Shown piece after piece: positions 20,307 to 29,095 of a DNA stretch of 64,000 nucleotides. Below the pieces are notes generated by a model. It made no database searches and had not been told where the DNA came from. It saw only the letters and a list, made by a program, of their open reading frames with translations. The stretch is from the NCBI GenBank assembly GCA_965261395.1, contig OZ253462.1, positions 5,696,001-5,760,000 on the forward strand. Reading direction: 5' to 3'. Source of the DNA: Candidatus Latescibacterota bacterium (GTDB lineage: Bacteria; Latescibacterota; UBA2968; UBA8231). Made by a program: the position numbers and the translations under genes. The stretch's first letter is position 1; the number at the start of each line of letters is the position of its first letter.

Positions 20307-22256
20307 TCAATAGGCCACGGCGATAACGCCGCTCTTGATGCCCTCTTCCGATTGGATATCTACCGCTATTCGATACAAGTAGAGTCCCGGGGGGACCAGC
20401 CGGTTGGAGCGGTCGGTCCCATCCCAAGGATGGGAATACTCTCCGATGGAAATGTCCCCGGCGTATATTTGCTTAACTAGCCGGCCGGACAAGTCGAAGA
20501 TTTCCACAGAGACTGGAACCTGAGATGTCACCCGCAAGAGCTTATAGGAAATATGCGTCACGTCATTGATGGCATCGCCGTTGGGCGTAAAGGGATTGGG
20601 CCCAATCTGCGGTGCAAATACCAGTGAACTGCTCAGCGATGTTTTCACTGAAATCCCGTCGCTCTCAATCTCGTCGGCGGCATTGCCCGGGTTGATGCGT
20701 TGACGCACCTCATTTGGCTCGGCGCTATTGAACACCTTACCAGTAAACAGCGTGCCCACTTCCCGCAGCACCGGTGCGTTGAACACCACCTCGATCAGGG
20801 CCCCACTGTCGGTCGGCTCTAGCTGACGCGGAAAGTTGATCTCAAAGCCTAGGCCGTCCGCAGTTTTCGCCCAGACAAAATCGTCGTAGTTGATGCCGTC
20901 TATGCGCAGCGAATCGACCGAAACCACCCCCGAGGGCGTGGAAATCTCCACCCCGTCAAAGCCCGCGTCGCCAGCCCGGATGGTCGGCCGGATGAAGTAG
21001 GTGAAATGCGTCACCTGCCCCACTTGGGTCTCGACCGGGAAAATTTCTCCCACCAAGCTGTGCACGGCCGGCGGCACCGAGGCCTTGAACTCGACATAAT
21101 CGATCTTGCCTCCATCCTCGACAGTAGAAGAGAAGTCCACTTTGAGCTGGAAGAATTGGCGGGGACTAGGGGAAACGATGCTGAGTCCCGAGTTTTCAAA
21201 CAGATAGGGACTGGACCAGAAACTCCAGTTTTCCGTATCGGGACTCACTCTATCCTGGGGTTTTACCGGCTTGAGAACGTCGAGTAGTTTGCGGTACCGG
21301 CTTTTGTACTCGTTCAGGGCTAAGTCGCCGCCGCCATCGAGAAATTGCACGCTATCTCGCTGCTCGGGTCTTAGCTGCCAAAAAATATCGGGATGTGGAT
21401 CTGCTCCCGTCCGGGTGCGGGTATCGACCCGGGCGTCCGGATCTTGCCGGCCCGACCAGCGAATCTCGCCCCAACTGGCCAGATCGCCCAATTCGATTAT
21501 TTCGGATTCATACGAGGCTCGCCCCAAGAAACCACCGCCGTAGAGTTCAAAATCGGCGAGCCCTATTTCCTTGGGTGTGTCGCGAAAAATCAGCAATTGG
21601 ACCGTTTGAGTCGATATCGGCGGGTCTAAAATTACGCTGACTTGAGGTTCGGTGTTTTCCTTTATTTCGGCTACGGTCGGGAGATTGGACATTCTGTTGC
21701 CAATATTGACCAGCCTACTATCGAGGGTGCCAATGGAGAGCCGCTCCACAAAGTGCTCTGGCTTTCCCGCCAGAGGGCGAAATCTCACTTCCTGGATGAG
21801 AAATCGCCCGCCTAAATCAAAAGTCAATTGTTCACTGAGGGTCCGCGCCGTGCCCACATGAAAACTCTCTGGAGCTACGGCTGGCCACGTAAGGGCCGTA
21901 GTCGAATCGCCATCGACCAGTACCTCTCCAATAAGCTGATTTTGATTGGCGAAAAGCCGCACCCGCACCCAGCCACCTCGGCTCAAGAGGGTTGCGGCGA
22001 TGTCCTCGTCCTCATCAAAGTAGTTGGGTTGCAGTGAACCCGCCTGCAAAGAGTCCAGCTCGAGGGCATCTTGCAGTTGGGAGGCCGACCAGTCAATTTC
22101 CCTGAAGTCGATGCCGAGGCCTGCAAGGCTGTCTTTTTCTGTTGTTGAAAAGGGGGTGCCAATTCTATAAACAACCACGCCGGAGGCATTTGGGGGCCAG
22201 AGGCCGACACCCAGCAAAGCGAGCAAAAGCAACCCTATTGACTTAGGTGGGACCAT
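20307..22256 (-). CDS. Secreted protein with C-terminal FlgD-like domain (paralog A); start revised to ATG 22256
   Basis: Signal peptide MVPPKSIGLLLLALLG; PNPFTPNGDAIND...IFDLSGRLV...WDGTD...VPPGLY...AVAY. The longer ORF start crosses a terminator. Confidence 0.75.
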   Translation of the reverse strand: MVPPKSIGLLLLALLGVGLWPPNASGVVVYRIGTPFSTTEKDSLAGLGIDFREIDWSASQLQDALELDSLQAGSLQPNYFDEDEDIAATLLSRGGWVRVRLFANQNQLIGEVLVDGDSTTALTWPAVAPESFHVGTARTLSEQLTFDLGGRFLIQEVRFRPLAGKPEHFVERLSIGTLDSRLVNIGNRMSNLPTVAEIKENTEPQVSVILDPPISTQTVQLLIFRDTPKEIGLADFELYGGGFLGRASYESEIIELGDLASWGEIRWSGRQDPDARVDTRTRTGADPHPDIFWQLRPEQRDSVQFLDGGGDLALNEYKSRYRKLLDVLKPVKPQDRVSPDTENWSFWSSPYLFENSGLSIVSPSPRQFFQLKVDFSSTVEDGGKIDYVEFKASVPPAVHSLVGEIFPVETQVGQVTHFTYFIRPTIRAGDAGFDGVEISTPSGVVSVDSLRIDGINYDDFVWAKTADGLGFEINFPRQLEPTDSGALIEVVFNAPVLREVGTLFTGKVFNSAEPNEVRQRINPGNAADEIESDGISVKTSLSSSLVFAPQIGPNPFTPNGDAINDVTHISYKLLRVTSQVPVSVEIFDLSGRLVKQIYAGDISIGEYSHPWDGTDRSNRLVPPGLYLYRIAVDIQSEEGIKSGVIAVAY

Positions 22257-22280
22257 ACCCAATCCTTTGGCAAGATTATT

Positions 22281-22310
22281 AAAAAAGGGGGCGAGGATGA
22301 CCTCGCCCCC
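22281..22310 (-). terminator. Intrinsic terminator inside the envelope operon
   Basis: Minus strand GGGGGCGAGG-TCAT-CCTCGCCCCC-TTTTTT: perfect 10-bp stem plus T6, about 30 nt after the stop at 22342. Confidence 0.85.
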
Positions 22311-22341
22311 CGAACTGCTCATTTTCTTTTACTTGTTCTCC

Positions 22342-23271
22342 TTAGCGGGAAAAACTCGCCTTGATATTCCCCCAGCTATCCGACTCGACGGCAGTGCCCA
22401 CATCTTCGCCCGCTACCCAGATGCTCTCATCAAAGGGAAGCAGGACATAGTCGACCATAGCGGTAGCTTTGAAGTAGATTTCCGTATCGCCGCTATTGGT
22501 CCAGTAGCCGTTGTACGAGCCTTCGGCGCCGTTGTCATCGTCCTGAACGGCAAAACCGATACCCATGATTTCGCCCGCCGCCATAGTGTGGACGATCACG
22601 TCTTCGTCCTCTATGCCCGCAGAACTGGTAGGCAAATCGTCGAAGGGAGTGAACCACATCTCCATGAAAAGGGTTCCAGCCCCGCCGTTGATATCGCCAT
22701 CAAAACTCCATTTCGCACCGGCATAAGGCTCGACCCCAGCCCACGGAGCTCCGCCCCAGAGCCACATGTGATTTTCTTGGTGCAGTTGATAGCGGTAATT
22801 CTGGGACAAAGCCCCTTCCCATCTTTCCGGATCCAAATCCGCCGATTGTACATTCTGGAAAATGGCATCGCCGCTGTGGTCAAAGTCCAACATCACCTCG
22901 ACCGTATCGAAATTATTTTCGATGGTCCCGTAAAAGAGGTCGTCGAATCTTTCCTCCATGAAATACAAAATGTTGGTCACTGGACTCCAGCCGAAAATGA
23001 TGCGCTCGGCTAGATTGGAAGGGTCGGGATCCCCTTGGGTGCCGGTGACGGTCTCGATCAGATCTTCATGGGTCACCCAGAAGATCGAAGGTACATTGTC
23101 CCATTCGCTGATGTCTCCGTCCATCTGGACATCTCTGACGCCATCGACGCCAATAGGCACCTGAACGGCGGCCCAGTTTCTGTCTGCCCGCAGGTGGGCC
23201 GAACTGGACGCGACCGTGAAAAAGACAAAACTCAATGCCAAGAAGCTATAACTCATTGCTCTACTCATCAC
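22342..23271 (-). CDS. Secreted acidic DOMON/CBM9-like protein with C-terminal 'TAVESDSWGNIKASF' tag
   Basis: Signal peptide; MDGDISEW, LYFMEERFDD, DTVEVMLDFDHSG, MGIGFAVQDDD. Confidence 0.6.
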   Translation of the reverse strand: MMSRAMSYSFLALSFVFFTVASSSAHLRADRNWAAVQVPIGVDGVRDVQMDGDISEWDNVPSIFWVTHEDLIETVTGTQGDPDPSNLAERIIFGWSPVTNILYFMEERFDDLFYGTIENNFDTVEVMLDFDHSGDAIFQNVQSADLDPERWEGALSQNYRYQLHQENHMWLWGGAPWAGVEPYAGAKWSFDGDINGGAGTLFMEMWFTPFDDLPTSSAGIEDEDVIVHTMAAGEIMGIGFAVQDDDNGAEGSYNGYWTNSGDTEIYFKATAMVDYVLLPFDESIWVAGEDVGTAVESDSWGNIKASFSR

Positions 23272-23433
23272 CTAAGATCCTTTCCTGGTGAGAAAACTGC
23301 TAAAACTGCTTTTTGAGCGGTTGATTGCTTAAAGGGTCTTTATCTCCTCCTTTCAAATAATTTTCAATGGCACGGTAAGCGAAGCTACGGAACAAAACAG
23401 TGAATACACAATTTTTGCAGGAAAACCAAAGTT

Positions 23434-23462
23434 ATGATAAAAAGAAAGTAGCAAAAGATCAA
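23434..23462 (-). promoter_or_regulatory. Sigma70-type promoter of the envelope operon
   Basis: Minus strand TTGATC-N17-TATCAT in an AT-rich intergenic region. Confidence 0.5.
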
Positions 23463-23463
23463 G

Positions 23464-25212
23464 CTAATTGCTGGCTTTGGGGGGCCGGCGTTGATCGTTT
23501 ATGGTTTTATTGGGCGTGGCGCGACCTGAGCTGCCCTTTCCATCTAGGTGGACAATGCCCTCGCCCTCTTGAAGCACCACGAGTCTATTGGCAGAGAGAT
23601 TTGCAAACCGTTCTTCTAGGCCACTTGGCCAGCGCACTACCAACAAGTCTATGGCCTCTCTCTGTCCCAAGCCGAAATGGGCCCTCAAGTCATTGTGCGA
23701 AAGATAGCTAGCACCACTCCGGATTTCGGCGCTTTGCGTGAGTCCTCCACAGCGGACCTCAATCCTAGCTCCTATACCATCTCTGTTGCTTTCAGTCCCT
23801 ATAGTTTTGACCACCAACCAGTTGTTTGTATTGCCGCCGTCGTTGCGCAACAAAGTGGGGTAATCGTTTAGATTCAGGACAAATATGTCCAGATCCCCAT
23901 CATCGTCGTAATCCCCAAAGGAAGCCCCTCTGCTCACTTTTTTAATCCCCAAGCCCTCCCCCGCTAGCTGCGATACCTCGACGAAGGTGCCATCGCCCAA
24001 ATTTTCAAAGAGTTGATTGGTCTGGGCATAGCTAGTGCCTAGATTGGCCCTGTCCAATTGTGGAAAGAGGTGGCCATTGGCCACGAAAAGATCTTTATCG
24101 CCGTCGTTGTCATAGTCGAAAAACTCGGTGCCCCAAGCCAAAAACTGAAAACTCTCTTTGCCCACGCCGGCGTCAAAGCTGAGATCGGAAAAGAATGCGC
24201 CGCGGTCGTTGTGGTAAAGCGTATTGGTCTGCTCCCAGAAGTTGGTGACTAATATGTCTTGGTACAGGTCATTGTCGTAATCCCCATAGGCAATGCCCAT
24301 ACAGCCTTGAGCTTCGCCGCTTTCGCCATAGGCAGCACCGATCATCCAGCCGATATCGGCAAAGGTGCCATCGCCTTGGTTCTGATAAAGGAAATTGGGC
24401 CCAGTGTCGTTGGCCACATAGATGTCCACATCGCCGTCCCGGTCGTAATCGCCGCCGATCACGCCCATACCGTAGAGCTTATCTTGGTCCACCACCCGCG
24501 TCTCCGCGGTCACATCCGCAAAAGTCCCGTCGCCTTGGTTGCGATATAGGATATCCCCACCCCCCTTCATTCCACGAGGTCCGAAGTGAACCCTTAAGCC
24601 CTTCCATATATAGGACCTATTGGGAGTGGTCTGCAGAAAGTGCTTGAAATCGACGTAGTTGGCTACGTACAGATCTAGATATCCGTCGCCGTCGTAATCG
24701 AGGAAGGCGCATCCCGTGCTGAACCGCTCGTCTCCTACTTGGGCGTACTCGGTCACATCGACAAAAGTCCCGTCGCCTTGGTTATCGTACAGTACGTTCC
24801 TGCCGTAGTTGGTTATATAAATGTCCAAGTCGCCATCGTTGTCGTAATCGCCGACGGCGCATCCCATTCCCCAGCCTGCGTCGCCCAAGTTCGCTTCGTC
24901 GGTAGCATCGACGAATGTACCGTGCTCGTTTCTATAAAAGGTATTGCGCGGGTGCTCTTGGTCTGGAAATCCAACCACTTTCGACCCGTTCAAGATGTAC
25001 AAATCCAAATCACCGTCCTGGTCGTAGTCGAAAAAAGCCGATCCTCCCATCATGCTGTCGACCAAGTACGTCTGCTCGCTATCCCCGGAGACGTTCTGCG
25101 CCACAACCCCCACTTCCTCCGCTACATCCACGAATTGGACTTGCCTCTCTACTTCCCGTCCTTCGACGGCCAAGAGCCGTGAGGAAACGAGGATAAGAAA
25201 AAATAAATACAT
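23464..25212 (-). CDS. CRTAC1-family ASPIC/UnbV protein with FG-GAP repeats
   Basis: GGSAFFDYDQDGDLDL, SRGASFGDYDDDGDLD, SNRDGIGARI, SYLSHND..AHFGLG. Confidence 0.9.
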   Translation of the reverse strand: MYLFFLILVSSRLLAVEGREVERQVQFVDVAEEVGVVAQNVSGDSEQTYLVDSMMGGSAFFDYDQDGDLDLYILNGSKVVGFPDQEHPRNTFYRNEHGTFVDATDEANLGDAGWGMGCAVGDYDNDGDLDIYITNYGRNVLYDNQGDGTFVDVTEYAQVGDERFSTGCAFLDYDGDGYLDLYVANYVDFKHFLQTTPNRSYIWKGLRVHFGPRGMKGGGDILYRNQGDGTFADVTAETRVVDQDKLYGMGVIGGDYDRDGDVDIYVANDTGPNFLYQNQGDGTFADIGWMIGAAYGESGEAQGCMGIAYGDYDNDLYQDILVTNFWEQTNTLYHNDRGAFFSDLSFDAGVGKESFQFLAWGTEFFDYDNDGDKDLFVANGHLFPQLDRANLGTSYAQTNQLFENLGDGTFVEVSQLAGEGLGIKKVSRGASFGDYDDDGDLDIFVLNLNDYPTLLRNDGGNTNNWLVVKTIGTESNRDGIGARIEVRCGGLTQSAEIRSGASYLSHNDLRAHFGLGQREAIDLLVVRWPSGLEERFANLSANRLVVLQEGEGIVHLDGKGSSGRATPNKTINDQRRPPKASN

Positions 25213-25227
25213 ATAAATCAGCGGCCT

Positions 25228-26793
25228 CTATGGGTTATGCGCCTGCTTTCGTTGGGCATCTAAGCTCTGGATAATCTCCTGTTGCTCTTCCGCTTCCCGA
25301 TAGCGCCCTGCTTTGATATAGGCATCTTTGAGCAATCGGCGGTACTCGGGATTATGCGGATCGAGGCCGATGGCCAGCTTGTACTCATTGATCGCCTTTA
25401 TATATCTGCCCTGTTGGGTATAGTGAGCGGCCAATTCGCCGTGATATTTTGGATTGTCAGGCACTAAGACGACCCGTTGTTCCATATCTGCGATATTGCC
25501 TGCGCGCAGTTTTTTGAAGATCTCCATCTCCTTGGCACCCTCCTCGCCTCTGCCCTGTTTTAGATAGGCGTTGGCCAGACCAAAATGTGCTTCGGCATTG
25601 TAGTAGTCGAGTTCGATGGCTTTTTTGAATTTGCCAATTGCTTCTTCCCCTCTGTCGATCTTGGCGTATACGGCCCCCAAGGCGTAGTGGAAAACCGACC
25701 GGTCGGGCTCGAGCCGGATGGCATATTGGAATTCCTCAATAGCTTCTTGGTACTTTTTGTCTCGCGAGTAGATCATGCCGAGCCGATAACGGGTGTAGGC
25801 CATATCGGGATTGACCGCGAGTGCCTTGACGAACTGCTCGGCTGCTTCGTCGTACTGTCGCTGGCGTTCATAGGCCATACCCAGATTGTGCTGGAACCAA
25901 CCGTTTTCGGGGGCCAATTCCACGGCCTTGCGATGCTCCTCAACGGCGGCGGCCAGCTTGTCTTGGTCCGCCATGACAGCTCCTAGCAGGGCCAAGGATT
26001 GGTCGGTGTAGACCAAGCCCAGTTTATCGTGCACATCGGCCCAACTCGGCTCGAGTTGCAATGTTCTATGGAATGCTTCTGCGGCCTCTGGAAGCTTGCC
26101 TATTGCCATATAGGCGTTCCCCAAGACATAGTGGATAGAGGGTTCGTTGGCGACTAGCTTGGCCGCCTGCCGCAATTCCTCTATGGCTTGAGAGTAATTC
26201 CCTTCTTCTATATATAGCGTCCCGAGCCGGTAGCGAGAGGGACCGTAGTCGGGGTTGATGTCGATAGCTGCTTTGAAATGCTCTGCTGCTTTAGCCCGCT
26301 CTTGAGTCTGTACGTAGATGACACCTAGACCGTGGTGGGCGGGAAAGTACTTGGGGTCAGCCTCAATGGCCTTGTGGTAAGAATCGAAAGCCTCGTCGTA
26401 CTCTTGGCGAATAAAAAAAATCTTACCCAACTTGTAGTGTGCCGGTGCGTAGCCCGGATCAATCTGGAGTACCTTGGCAAATTCCTCTTCTGCCTCGCCC
26501 AATCGGCTTTGCAGGGCGTAGATGAAACCGAGGCCGTCGTGCGGATAGATATTATTGGCATCTAATTCTATCGCTTTCCGGTACTCCCTTTCCGCGCTTT
26601 CATAGTCGCCCTTTTGGGCATGGCGCATACCGAGCCTATAGTGCTCTTGGCTCCTTGAGGAAGCATCCTGTCCGTGCGCGGCTCCAATGAGGTACAGGGT
26701 AGATATCAATGAAATTGCATAGCTGATTCGGCAAATGGTACTCGATGTCTGCCGCAGACCTGGGAAATACATGGAGAAACTATCCTCTCTCAA
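25228..26793 (-). CDS. Exported multi-TPR protein
   Basis: About 12 34-aa repeats of type AHYKLG...Y..A...AIE.DP; N-terminal hydrophobic segment. Confidence 0.9.
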   Translation of the reverse strand: MREDSFSMYFPGLRQTSSTICRISYAISLISTLYLIGAAHGQDASSRSQEHYRLGMRHAQKGDYESAEREYRKAIELDANNIYPHDGLGFIYALQSRLGEAEEEFAKVLQIDPGYAPAHYKLGKIFFIRQEYDEAFDSYHKAIEADPKYFPAHHGLGVIYVQTQERAKAAEHFKAAIDINPDYGPSRYRLGTLYIEEGNYSQAIEELRQAAKLVANEPSIHYVLGNAYMAIGKLPEAAEAFHRTLQLEPSWADVHDKLGLVYTDQSLALLGAVMADQDKLAAAVEEHRKAVELAPENGWFQHNLGMAYERQRQYDEAAEQFVKALAVNPDMAYTRYRLGMIYSRDKKYQEAIEEFQYAIRLEPDRSVFHYALGAVYAKIDRGEEAIGKFKKAIELDYYNAEAHFGLANAYLKQGRGEEGAKEMEIFKKLRAGNIADMEQRVVLVPDNPKYHGELAAHYTQQGRYIKAINEYKLAIGLDPHNPEYRRLLKDAYIKAGRYREAEEQQEIIQSLDAQRKQAHNP

Positions 26794-26828
26794 AGAGCGC
26801 CGTGCGTCTTGCCGAACGGGCGGGGAGA

Positions 26829-29087
26829 CTAGTGGGTGTGTGCCACCCCGTCCAACTCATTGCCTGGGGCCATGGCGAAAGATTTGAACTGCCAGCGAGT
26901 CGGACGCGGATCACCTTCGCGAATGTACATGCCTTGATCCATTTCGATATCGTTGAAAAGCTGCACTTCCCCGCTGGTGGGCCAGACGATTTCAATAGCT
27001 TGGATAGACTCGGCCTGTCCCAAGCCTATTTCGCATTGCAGGCTGGAGGCACCAAAACTGCCCCCGCTGGTCACCGTGGAATAAATGTCGCGGCTGCCGT
27101 GTGCGGTGTTCACGCTCACCTTTACGCGCACTCCAATGGCGGCCCGATTGGTACGCCTGCCCTCGAGCCGGAGCTTGATCCAATGATTGCCATGGCCCGG
27201 ATTGGCAAAGAGGACGTTTTGGTAGGTATCGCCGGTGAAAGCCCCGCCAATGACCGAGAAAACATCTTGGTCGCCATCGTGGTCAATATCGCCAAAAGCC
27301 ACACCGTGGCCCTTTTGCAAATGTCCAAAGCCGCCCGAGGTGGTGACATCTTGGAAGAAATTGCCGTCGGCATTGCGGAACATGCGATTGGGGACTAGCG
27401 TAGCCATGTACGGGTCGCCGGTGCCGATGTAACAATCTTGGTATCCGTCGTTGTCTAGGTCGCCGAAATTGCTGCCCATGGCTAGGAGAGGCTCGTCGAG
27501 CCCTACCTTGCGCGTGACATCGGTAAAAGTACCGTCGCCGTTGTTGTGGTATAGACGGGGCTCTTCAGCGCGGTGTGGCAAGCCCAAATAAGCGGCCGCC
27601 ACGTCCGCTACCTCGCCCTTGAAACCGGCGACGAATAGATCTTGCCACCCGTCGTTGTCGTAGTCCCAAAACCAAGTCGGAAAACTGTAGGGTGGTCCGG
27701 CTACGCCTGCCGCGGCCGTCACATCGGCGAAACGCCCACTCCCCTGATTGCGAAAGAGCAGGTTGGACTCTTTAGGTTCCAGACGCGAGATATACAAATC
27801 CAGTTGTCCATCGTTGTTGTAGTCGCCCCAGACCACTCCTTTGGTCCAGCCGACCACATCGAGTCCCACTGCCTCGGCTACGTCAACGAATTGCACCGCC
27901 GATACTCCGCGTCCAGAGTCTTCGCCTTCGTTGCGGAACAACTCGCATGGATGAGTGGCTCGACCCTGCGATTCGTTGCCGACAAACAGGTCAACCCAAC
28001 CGTCGTTGTCAAAATCGCCCCAGGCCGCTGTCTGCGTTGGGTGGAAAGTGAGCAAGCCGGCTGCCTCGGTCGCATCGAAAAAGCGCCCATCCCCCCGATT
28101 GGCCAACAGCGAGTTGGGGTAGCGCCCCTCGTCGAGCCAAGCGCCGCGCAGCACCAGCACATCGGCATAGCCGTTGTTATCGTAGTCGGCCTGGCAGATG
28201 TTCAAACCACCCACAATACCCTCCAAGCCTGCCGCTTGTGTGTGATCGGCAAAGGTGCCGTCCCCTTGGTTGCGGAAGTAGCGGAGTGGGTCGCGCAGTC
28301 CCCAAGAGGAAGCCACGATATCGAGATAGCCGTCGCCGTCAAAGTCTTCCATAATAGCTCCCCCCGAAAGTCCCACCATATCCAGCCCCAACTGGGGAGC
28401 GACATCGCGAAAAACCCCAATATCGTGGTCAGAGGTGAATACTTCGGGTGGAATCAGCAAGTTCTGCGGCACCTCTTCCGGGTACTGACCCAGCGTCATA
28501 TAGGCGATATTGAGTAGCCAACGAGCCGACAAATTACCCGGATTTCTGCTCAGGATCCCCAAGAATTCCTCGACAGCGGCGCTCGATCCGCGCTTGATTT
28601 GGTGCACTCCAGTGCCACGGATCGGCATTAGACAAGAGTTGATATTGTGTTGCACAACACAGTTTTCTTGTTCGCCCAAACGGAGGTAGGCCAAGCCCAC
28701 TAGCATTTGGAGGGAATGCCGAAGCCGAGGATGATGAACCACAGTCTGTAGTTGCCGGTACTCCTGCACTGCTTGGTCGGATTGGCCGGCTTGCAGCAGT
28801 TCGTTGGCCAGAGAAAGGCGGGCTTGCAGGATTTGCTCTCGCCTCCGGGAATTGATGGCCGCACCGGATAGGCGTAGGTGGTCCAACCGAGCGCGGAAAT
28901 AGGCAACTCGGTCCAAATTCACATACGGATGCGTGGCGGGATCGACATTGACGGCTATGTCTTCTAGGAGTTCAGCCATGCGCTGGGTGCTGGCCGCCTG
29001 CTCTCGCTCAGCACAGGCTACCAAGACAAAAAAACATCCTGCAACAACGTGGACTCCGTATAGCGCGCGCTGCCTTATTATCGTCAT
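26829..29087 (-). CDS. CRTAC1-family ASPIC/UnbV lipoprotein with N-terminal helical extension
   Basis: Lipobox LVAC; YLRLGEQENC...SCLMPI; FG-GAP repeats; GFGHLQKGHGVAFGDID; GGSFGASSL. Confidence 0.9.
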   Translation of the reverse strand: MTIIRQRALYGVHVVAGCFFVLVACAEREQAASTQRMAELLEDIAVNVDPATHPYVNLDRVAYFRARLDHLRLSGAAINSRRREQILQARLSLANELLQAGQSDQAVQEYRQLQTVVHHPRLRHSLQMLVGLAYLRLGEQENCVVQHNINSCLMPIRGTGVHQIKRGSSAAVEEFLGILSRNPGNLSARWLLNIAYMTLGQYPEEVPQNLLIPPEVFTSDHDIGVFRDVAPQLGLDMVGLSGGAIMEDFDGDGYLDIVASSWGLRDPLRYFRNQGDGTFADHTQAAGLEGIVGGLNICQADYDNNGYADVLVLRGAWLDEGRYPNSLLANRGDGRFFDATEAAGLLTFHPTQTAAWGDFDNDGWVDLFVGNESQGRATHPCELFRNEGEDSGRGVSAVQFVDVAEAVGLDVVGWTKGVVWGDYNNDGQLDLYISRLEPKESNLLFRNQGSGRFADVTAAAGVAGPPYSFPTWFWDYDNDGWQDLFVAGFKGEVADVAAAYLGLPHRAEEPRLYHNNGDGTFTDVTRKVGLDEPLLAMGSNFGDLDNDGYQDCYIGTGDPYMATLVPNRMFRNADGNFFQDVTTSGGFGHLQKGHGVAFGDIDHDGDQDVFSVIGGAFTGDTYQNVLFANPGHGNHWIKLRLEGRRTNRAAIGVRVKVSVNTAHGSRDIYSTVTSGGSFGASSLQCEIGLGQAESIQAIEIVWPTSGEVQLFNDIEMDQGMYIREGDPRPTRWQFKSFAMAPGNELDGVAHTH

Positions 29088-29095
29088 TATTGCGT

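Noticed and set aside
15861-22256. Flagellar hook-cap (flgD) genes
   Set aside because: Only the C-terminal Ig-like domain resembles FlgD; the proteins have Sec signal peptides and there are no flagellar neighbours
22257-22322. N-terminal extensions given by the ORF track (also pheT, pgsA-like, accD, exbB, rpmI, 30390-32450)
   Set aside because: They cross terminators, promoters or upstream genes; downstream starts fit SD sites and family N-termini better
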